Source: the human T2T-CHM13v2.0 reference genome, Homo sapiens. From it: a stretch of DNA of 64,000 nt. The translations under genes were made by a program, and so were the position numbers. Position 1 is the first letter of the stretch, and each line of letters begins with the position of its first letter. A model generated the notes under the pieces. That model did no database searches and had not been told where the DNA came from. It saw only the letters and a program-made list of their open reading frames with translations. Positions 52,910 to 64,000 of this stretch are shown here, one piece after another. Location: NCBI RefSeq assembly GCF_009914755.1, contig NC_060929.1, one strand, 5' to 3'.

Positions 52910-53393
52910 TAAGTTGTTTTCGGCTTTGGGTTGTTACAGATAAAACTGCTATAAACTTCTGTATACAGGTCTTTGGATAACTTTAGGACTCGGGTTGCTA
53001 GGTCGTGTGGTAAATATATGTTTAACCTTATAAGTTACCAGATGGCTGTACCATCTGGTACCACTTCATAGTCCTACCAACAATATACCAACAATTTATG
53101 GGAATGTAATTGCTCTGCATTCTCATCCCCACTTAGTACTGTCAGTCTTTTTCATTTTAGCCATAACAGTAGGGGTGTGGTAGTGTCTCATTGTGACATT
53201 GTGAGGTTGTATTTCTTTATATTTTTAATTTGTGTTTTCCTAGTTGATCAGTCAATTGATTATTGATTTTGAGCATCTTTTCATGTATTTATTTGCCACC
53301 TGAATATCTTCGTTAGTAAAATATAAAAGTCTTTTGCCTATTTTTCAATGTTATTTATTTATTGGTCATTTTATTATTGAGCTGTGAGAGTTC

Positions 53394-53694
53394 TTTTTTT
53401 TTTTTTTTTTTTTCTTGTTTTTTGAGACAGGGTCTCGCTGTCTTACCCAGGCCAGAGTGCAGTGGTGTGATCTTGGCTCACTGCAACCTCTGACTCCCAG
53501 GCTCAAGTGATCCTTCCACCTCAGTCTCCCACGTAGCTGGGACTACAGGCACACACTCACCACACCGGTGAGACTTGTAGAGGCAAGGTCTCACCAGGTT
53601 ACCCAGGCTGGTCTCAAACTTCTGGGCTCAAGCAATCAGCCTGCCTCAGTCTCCCAAAGTGCTGGGATTACAGGTGTGAGCTACAGTGCCAGGC
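53394..53694 (-). mobile_element. AluJ-like
   Basis: Antisense Alu; GAGAGTTCT flanks. Confidence 0.88.
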
Positions 53695-55321
53695 AGAGAG
53701 TTCTAAATATGTTCTGGATACAAGCCCTTTATCAGATATTGGTTTTGCAGATATTTCTTAACTGCTTTTCAGAGGACAGGAGTTTTAAATTTTGATCAGG
53801 TACAGTTTATAAACTTTTTTCTCTTATGGTTTATACTTTTTGTTTATTATTTAGGAAGTCTTTGACCCAGTGTCACAAAAATATTCTTCAGTGTTTTCCT
53901 CTAAAAGTTTTATAGTTTGAGTTCTTACAATTAAGTATATGCTTCATTTCAGAATCTTAATATGATATGAGGTAAAAGTTGAGGTTTACTTTCTTACATA
54001 CAAATGTCCACTTCTTCTAGCACCCAGAGCCTAGTCATTATGATACCCTGCCTTCTAATCTTATTGTTATCTTGTCTCCCAATCTTAACTATACAATTTT
54101 GTACAAGTCAGTTAAGTCCTTTGAATTTCCTGCTTAGTATATACTTTTGTGAGGATTAGAGAGAATTTATAGCAGCACCTAGTACAGTGTCTGGAACATA
54201 GCAGACATTCAATCAGTGATACCTGTGACTGTTGCTCTTGGTAAAATTATTTTTTTCAAATCTCTCTTTCGTTTAGCTAACATTGAACACCTATTGCATG
54301 TTCTGGGGATACATTAGGGAACAAAGTAAACAAAGTTTCTGTTTTTAGGTTCATTTGTATATGAACGTTTACGTTCATATACAAATCACAAGCTATACTA
54401 TTAGTATAATTTTAATAAATTATGTTAAAGTCGAGGATGCATTTTGGTGCAATTATGAAAGCTTGCAATTGCTGTCTAAGCATTCCAATAACTTCATATG
54501 TTAGTTTAAAATTAGGTTCTGCTGGGCATGGTGGTACATACTTATAGTCTCAGCTACTTGGAGGCTGAGGTGGGAGGAACACTTGAGCCCAGGAGTTCAA
54601 GTTGTATTGCACTGTTATTGCACCTGTGAATAGCCACTCCAGCCAGGGCAACATAGCAAGACCTTGTCTCTGCATTTGAAATAATAATAATAAAAGTAGG
54701 TTGTAAAAATGTCTTAGAAGAAGAGTTGGTCAGTTTTGGAATCATAGAGGCAAACACTAGAAGAATATCCCCAGCATCATCCAATAAGAGAATGCCCCGA
54801 ACCAGATCCCAGTATTCCTGGGAGATGAGGCAACCAGCTGTCTCTGGAAGCGAGCCTCAGAGCAGGCCACTGAGCTCCCTTGTTGTACTTTACTTGCTCA
54901 GAGTCCTCTGTGGTTGAGCAAGCTTTGGATTAAAGTATACTCTTCATGTAAATTTGCCTATAGGCTCAGAATGCATTGGTAACTCACCATGAATTTCTAG
55001 CCTTCTCAGTAGTCCTGACTTAAAAAAATACATTAAATAGTTACCTTTTTAAGGATTAAGTAACTCTAAATGCCCAATGAATGAATAATGACTTTTGTGG
55101 CAGGTGTTGAGGACAGGACATGGTGTTTGGAGTTAGAAGTGGAATTTAATTCCTGCTTCTCTCTACTAGCTGTGAGGACTTGGGCCAAGTTACTTAATGT
55201 CTCTGAACTTCAGTTTCTCTAGGCCTGCTCTACAGTGTTATTGTTAGCCTTAAATGAGATCACTTTTACTAAATGCCTGGACCTGGAGTATCTTACTTGT
55301 CTTCATCTATCAGCCATGTAA

Positions 55322-55540
<219 letters not shown>

Positions 55541-55725
55541 TAATGAACTTTATTTGAATCCATTTTGCCATCCACATTGGAAAAAAACAAATACAGATCT
55601 TGTTACTTCTATGTATATGTTAAAATGAAGGATATTGAATAAGGTTTGGTTTATATTTGATACCTCAAAGTGATCATATTTTCTTATGTTTGTACATTAA
55701 AGCTTTTTATTTTGGTGTTACACAG

Positions 55726-55891
55726 GTTTTTCAAGGGACTGATGAGCAACTAAATGACTTATATCACAATCACCAGAGAACAGTAAGGGAGAAAGAAAGG
55801 AAATTGGTAGACTGTCATCGTGAACTGGAAAAACTAAATAAAGAATCTAGGCTTCTCAATCAGGAAAAATCAGAACTGCTTGTTGAACAGG
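55726..55891 (+). CDS. RAD50: RAD50 exon 7
   Basis: [55 protein letters not shown](G); 166 nt. Confidence 0.98.
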
Positions 55892-56457
55892 GTAGGACAA
55901 AATGTTTATTTGGTCGTTTTTCCTACTATGATGTTATACATTTTCTGTATGAATGAAGAATCTCCAAGGACTTATGCTGAGTGAAAAGCCAATCTTAAAA
56001 GGCTATACACAGTATGTTTCCATTTATATAACATTTTTATAATGTCAAAATTTTAGAAATAGTGGAGAAATTAGTGGTTGCCAGGGATACTGGGTAAGAG
56101 AAAGGACAGGAGGGAGCTAGGTATGGTTATGATTAGAACAAAAAGAGAGTCCTTGTAGTATTGGAACTGTTCAGTATCTTGACTGCCATAGTGGATATAT
56201 GAACCGACACAGGTGATAAAATTATATAGAACTTAATATACACACATCCACATGCTCAGGGGTACAAATAAAATTGGGGAAATTTGAATAAGATTGATGA
56301 ATTATATCAATATCAGTATTCTGGTTGTGATATTTTACTGCAGTTTTGCAAAATGTTATCATTGGGAGAAACTGGGCAAAATGTACAAGAGACACACTGC
56401 ATTATTTTTTATAACTCGTGAATCTGCAGCTATCTCAACTTTTTAAGCACCAGTTGA

Positions 56458-56736
<279 letters not shown>

Positions 56737-56994
56737 TGAATTGTTTTAATTTTTGGTTGGACTCCATTTTGGCATATTTTTCTATTAGTGTTAGGATAAA
56801 ATCTGCTACAAGGCAGAAAAACCTTTATTGAAGCAAATGTTCTTAAGTGTATAAAGATAAAAATATGAAGAAAATGTAAACCTACATTTTTTATTTGGTT
56901 TTAAGTAAAAATTTTTAAAAACTAATTGCAGAGAAAACATTTGCTCACAGTTAATGATTATCTCTGGGTAATGGTTTTGATTGTTTTTAAAATA

Positions 56995-57329
56995 CAGTCT
57001 TGAACCACATGTTTTGGTCAGTGATAGACCACATATTTGACATTGGTCCCATAAAATTATAATACTGTATTTTACTGTATGTTTTCTGTGTTTAGATATG
57101 TTTAGATACATAAATACTTATCATCATGTTACAGTTGCCAAAGTATTCAGTACAGTAATATGCTGTATAGGTTTGTAGCCCATAAACAATAGGCTATACC
57201 ATATAGTCTATGTGTGTATTAAACTATACCATGTAGGCTTATGTAAATACATTCTGATGTTCACACAATGATAAAATTGCCTAATGATGCATTTCTTGGA
57301 ATATATCCCTGCTGAGCAACACACGACTG
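56995..57329. mobile_element. Tigger3a/MER7A-like element
   Basis: TA|CAGTC...GACTG|TA termini; consensus-like interior. Confidence 0.8.
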
Positions 57330-57432
57330 TACTTTTTTGTATTTTCTTCAGTGTACATATATTCCTTTTGCAATTAAAAAACTTAAATTGTTTAGTAAAT
57401 TATTAATGCTCATTCTTTACATATGCATTTAG

Positions 57433-57729
<297 letters not shown>

Positions 57730-57976
57730 TAATAAAAACATCAACTTTGTCTTATTCTCATGTAAAATGAATTCATCTGAATATCTTGATCTTCTGACTC
57801 TTTGGTTCTACAACCCGATAGCCTGAAAATTAGAATCACATAGGGAGCTTTTTAAAGATACTGTACTCAGACCTTAAAGCTTCAGACCTTCCAAATCAAA
57901 ATCTCTGAGAATGGGGCATAGAAATGTACATTCAAAACACAACAAAACTGGCTAATTCTTATGAGCACCTTGATTA

Positions 57977-58330
<354 letters not shown>

Positions 58331-59025
58331 TCACACACGTTGTAATTCTAGATGATTTTTGCTGTATTATTACTTTTTCTGTGTTAAAAACTTTCTTAGC
58401 CAATCTTTTCAGGTATTTCCATATTTTCTTTCTTGCTTCTAGTCTGTCCTCCTTCTTCACATCTCCATTACCAAAGTAAGCATTCTAAAGCATGGCAAAC
58501 TTCTTAAAGCCCATCTTGATAATTTATGTAAACATTTATTTTTGCTCCATAACTCACCATTGTAGCATACATTTTTGTCAGTTTAGCACTTCATCAGTGT
58601 TGTCTTGTTGGGGTGGGGAGATACTTGGTCAGGGACCACATCACACTATTTTTATAGTTTCTACATACCAGGCAATATAGTGAATTACATGGGGACATAA
58701 TAAATATTTAATTGTTGACTGAGGACTCACTAATCTGTGTACTTAGACACATGTCTCCTAATTTTACAGTAATTCTCACATTTCTTTCCTGTTTGACCCT
58801 TCTAGGTTTATTTACTAATTCTCTACCATTATAACATAGTAAGGTCACTTTAATAAGATATACCTTAGAGCATATATAGTGCCTTATGTTTTTTTCTCTT
58901 GTTGGATGCAAACAGTAATATTTGGAACATTCTGAGGAGTAGTTAATTTCTAATACACTTTGTCATTATTTTAATTCTTGCACAAAATATATAACACCTT
59001 TGCATTTGTATGAATTATTGACTAG

Positions 59026-59211
<186 letters not shown>

Positions 59212-59678
59212 TGATTTTTCTTTTTGTTCTAATTATACTGTCTGGTACTTAAAATAGCCTACCTTGCACTCATAAGTCATAGACTATAAGGTATTAAGTT
59301 GGTATTGACTATATTTTAGAGGCTAAGTGAGCTTAGTACTCTATATAATAGACTTTCAAGCTTAAAAGTTATTGTTTAATTACAAAAAGTTAATACAGAA
59401 ATGTATATATATGTATATACACACATGCACATTACTGTTAACTTTTAACATACACAAATTTTAAAATTTTATATTGTTCGACTTGGTACTCCACTCTTAA
59501 GGCTTAGAAAGACCATCCCCACTTGAAGACTTTAAGAACTTTAAGAAATTTTATATTTTATTTTCATATTTTTATAGTTTTAAGCTTAGAACTTTAGTCA
59601 GTCTAGAATTTATTTTTGTTCTTGATATAATGTGGAGATATAGACTTTATTTTTAAAAGATTTTTTTTTTACCTATAG

Positions 59679-59837
<159 letters not shown>

Positions 59838-59960
59838 TAAGTTGCAACATTTGGAGATGTAATAGAAATCTCTTATTTCATGCTTACCTGTTTAATTGTT
59901 TTAAAATAATTTATTGTCATGAAATGGTATGTTATATTGATAAACTTTAGTTCTTACATA

Positions 59961-61225
59961 CAAGGAGACTTCAGAAAGTTCATGGAAAAATGGAATTAAA
60001 AGATAAAAATTTTAAATAAACTGTATTTCTCAACATAAGCTCCATCAAGTTCAAGACTCTTCTGAGCAGTGATACCAGCAATTTAGTTCAGTCCTAAAGA
60101 ACTGAGGGTCCTGGGAATTTAACCATGTCAGTGTAGTCTTTTTTACATTGCTAGCATAAAAATGGGTGCCCTTTAAAGATTTTTTTAAGATTAAGAAACT
60201 AGAAGACAGGAGGAGCCAAATCAGGACTGTAAGGTGGATGCCTAATGATTTCCCATCGAAACTCTTGCAAATGGCCCTTGTTTGATGAGAGGAATGAGCA
60301 GGAACATTGTTGTGGTGGAAAAGGACTCTCTGGTGAAGCTTTCCTGGGCATTTTTCTGCTAATGCTTTGGCTAGCTTTCTCAGAACACTCTCATAATAAG
60401 CAGTTGTTACCTTTCTTCGGCCCTCCAGAAAGTCAGCAAGCAAAATGCCTTGAGCATCCCCAACAACTGTTGCCATGACCTTTGCTCTTATCTGGTCTGC
60501 TTTTGCTTTGACTGGACCACTTCCACCACTTGTTAGCCATTGCTTTCATTGTGCTTTGTCTTCAGGATTGTACTGGTAAAGCCACATTCCATCACCTCCT
60601 GTTACAATTCTTTGAAGAAATGCTTTAGGAACTTGATCCCACTTATTGAGGAAGTTCTGCTGTTGTCTGCAGCTGATCTGGAAGCAGTGATTTTGGGCAT
60701 CCATCAAGTAGAACGTTTACTCAACTTTAATTTTTCAGTCAGAATTGTGTAACCTGAATCAATTGAGGTGTCTATGGTGTTGGCTATTGTTTCTGCTGTT
60801 AATCATTGATCTTCTTCAGTTAGGGCATGAAGAAGATGATTTTTTTTCCTCACAAATTGATGTGAACAGTCTGTCACTGTGGGCTTCATCTTTAATATCG
60901 TCTCATCCCTTCTTAAACTGAGTTATCCATTTGTAAACTGCTGATTTGTTTGGGGCATTGATCTCATAAACTTGTTGTAAAGTATCAATGATTTCACCAT
61001 TCTTCCACCCACACTTCACCATAAATTTGATACTTGTTCTTGCTTCAGTTTAATTGGGGCTCTTTTCAAACTGATGTCTTAACCTTGTTAGTGCCTTAAA
61101 CTAGATCCTATTCAGACATGTTATAACAAGTTAGTATGAGTTTGTTTCAGTGCAAAACATTTTGAACTTCATGCATAGTTTTTTTTATAATACACATTTT
61201 CCATGAACATTTTGAAGACCCCTCA
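59961..61225 (-). mobile_element. Near-full-length Hsmar2 mariner transposon (dead transposase)
   Basis: TIRs CAAGGAGACTTCAGAAAGTTCATGGAAAA / TTTTCCATGAACATTTTGAAGACCCCTCA with TA TSD; transposase relic MATVVGDAQGILLADFLEG...HHNNVPAHSS. Confidence 0.9.
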
Positions 61226-62670
61226 TATTTTGCAAATTAAGTAAAATGGTAACGGATAGTAATTTAGGCCTCTTGTCCCTTGAAAATTTGTAGACCTATG
61301 AAGATTAAAATTTAAAAATTCTATTTTCATTTCTGTGAGTAATCCATTATAAAAAGTGATCATGTTTCTCAGATGTTACCTTGGATAGTGGTTGGATAAG
61401 CGGGTCAAAAATTCCACACAGATTTTTGAGGAAAGTAGAAGGACTTGGCTTTGGTGGTGTTTAATCTGTGTTTCTTGTGGAAGTATCTGTGAGGGAATAC
61501 AATATTGGAGTTTGAAATTCAGGAGATTGGAAGTTGTTGCTATGTAAGGGATACTCAAAGTCATTAGTATGTCACCTTGAGAGAGTTATGCAAAGGGAAG
61601 GAGTTACAATTAGATTCCTGGGAAGCACAAACATTTAAAATGTTAGCAGGCAAAGGAAAAGGAGCAAGTGAAGGAAACTGGGATGTGCCCAGGGAACCAG
61701 GGTGAGAGCCAGATAGCTGTGGTGTCTAGGTGCCTTGGGAAAATAGTCTTCAAGGAGAAGGTCAACAGTGTTTGGTGCTACGTAGAGGTAGAGTAAGATG
61801 AAGACTGTACTTGGCACTTAGGTCACTGGTGATCTTGATGAGAAGTGCTCAAGGGAGTCTAGGATAATGAAAATATCATCATATTAGTTACTTTTTTCCA
61901 AATGTTTACTGTGACTCAGGATGGGTAGTCATGATGAAGAAGCATGTGTGCAGTCACACACATTTATCTGAAACAAATTTCTCAAAGTAGTACATATACA
62001 TACAGCCTACTCCAATATATTACCGTCTATTCTGTTTCATTTTTAAAAAATATGCTGAATACATTAAATTGATTACATGGTAGCTAATGCATCTAAACCT
62101 GCAAATTGAAAAACCATGTTATGTGTGAGTATTGAGGTTGGCTAGGATGATGTTTAAGAATTAAAGTGGGGATAAATTGTACTAGTAAGCAAAATCTTTG
62201 ATGAATGAGAGGGAATGACTGATCTGGACGCAAGTGGATGACAGCAACAAGGAGGGGGAGGATACAAAAGAAACAGTATTTACAGGAGAGTAAGGAAGTA
62301 GTATTTGTGAAAGGACTAAAGGGAATTACGGGGATGTTCTCTTGTCTTCTTTCTGTCCAATAGTCCTAGCAAGCATCTTGCTGAGGCTTAACCTGGGATC
62401 AAAGACCATGAACCCCCAGAAACCAGGCAGAATTCTGTGTACATTTTTCTGGGAGCAGGCCCATGAGTAGGACTGGCAGGTGAGTCAGTGTCCTAGGGGG
62501 AGAGTTAAGGCAGAAGTGGACTAGTCCCTCAACTTCTGAAAAAAATTATTTGGTCATACCAAACTCTTGTCATGATTTGTTGGCAGAATTTGTCTTGTTT
62601 TTGCCTACTCAAATTTTCAAACTAATTTCTCCTATTTTAAAATGAAAATCCATATTTGCTCTTATTTTAG

Positions 62671-62846
62671 CAAGGAACTAGCTTCATCTGAGCAGAATAA
62701 AAATCATATAAATAATGAACTAAAAAGAAAGGAAGAGCAGTTGTCCAGTTACGAAGACAAGCTGTTTGATGTTTGTGGTAGCCAGGATTTTGAAAGTGAT
62801 TTAGACAGGCTTAAAGAGGAAATTGAAAAATCATCAAAACAGCGAG
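62671..62846 (+). CDS. RAD50: RAD50 exon 12
   Basis: [58 protein letters not shown]; 176 nt. Confidence 0.98.
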
Positions 62847-63295
62847 GTAAGTTGTCTACTTTATATTATCAGGATACTTTGACACCTTTGAATTTTCATT
62901 CACAGGTAACTGTTAAGGATGGGGAATTTAAAAACCTGGTTATGGAGCCTAATGGCTTGGATTTCAGTCCTGGCTCTACAACTTACTCACTGTGTGACTT
63001 TAGGCAAGTTACTGAAACCTTCCTGTGTTTCATTGTCTATAAAATGAGGACACAACTACCACCTGTGGTACTGAGGTGTGAATGAGATTGTAATTATAAA
63101 GCCCTTAGAACAGTGCCTGGCACATAGAAAGCTCTCAGTAGGCATTTTGTTATACTTATAATGTGTTACCAAAAAATATTTATACAAATCTGAATGTATC
63201 ATGCTCTTTGGAAGCGAATATCGGAATTTTAAATATCAGAATTTTTATTTCTTTTATAATATATTTATAAAGCAAGAATAATCATATATTTATAG

Positions 63296-63613
<318 letters not shown>

Positions 63614-63789
63614 TAAGAATGGGATTTACCTTCACTGTACATGTAGCAGCACATTGTAAAAGGTACCCATCTCATGCCTGGGCAGATGGTAGTTACTCAG
63701 TAAGGACTCTGAGCTGGTATGCCCTGTCTTATATCACTTCTATGATAAGAAGATTCAATTATTTTGTTTAAAGATAAGCTTGTTTCCTG

Positions 63790-64000
63790 TCTTTTTTTCT
63801 TTTTCTTTTTTTTTTCTGAGACAGAGTCTCTCTCTGTCACCTAAGCTGGAGTGCAGTGGCATGATCTTGGCTCATTGCAACCTCCACCTCCCAGAAGCGA
63901 TTCCCATACCTCAGCCTCTTCAGTAGCTGGGATTACAGGCATGTACCACCACGCCCAGCTAATTTTTGTAATTTTTAGTAGAGATGGAGTTTCACCATGT
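63790..64000 (-). mobile_element. Alu (cut by window end)
   Basis: Poly-T tail followed by antisense Alu body. Confidence 0.9.

Overview
Human (or near-identical great-ape) genomic DNA from the Th2 cytokine locus (5q31.1). Two genes lie head-to-head. IL5 is complete on the - strand (4 coding exons, 11287->9620, 134 aa), with its CLE0/GATA/NFAT promoter and AU-rich 3'UTR. RAD50 is on the + strand, starting from a CpG-island promoter; coding exons 1-13 (25128-63612, c.1-2207) are present, covering Walker A, the Q-loop, coiled coil and the CPVC zinc hook, and the gene continues past the window. The rest is mostly interspersed repeats: about 30 Alus, L1/L2/MIR, a full THE1 and a deleted MSTA MaLR element, an ERVL relic, Tigger1, Tigger3, MER6, MER1, MER20, Charlie and a near-full Hsmar2. 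This is a well-studied eukaryotic locus and I find no evidence of a new multi-gene system. The most unusual signals are: (1) a ~950-bp patchwork in RAD50 intron 2 built from four short non-colinear copies of nearby sequence joined at microhomologies, i.e. a fossil template-switch insertion; (2) an in-frame splice route from the antisense side of the RAD50 promoter into IL5; (3) a GC-AG intron and MSI-prone mononucleotide tracts in RAD50; (4) a twin-primed L1 and a pile-up of insertions at one target site; (5) candidate IL5 enhancers. Repeat family names come from recognising consensus sequences by eye, not from a RepeatMasker run.
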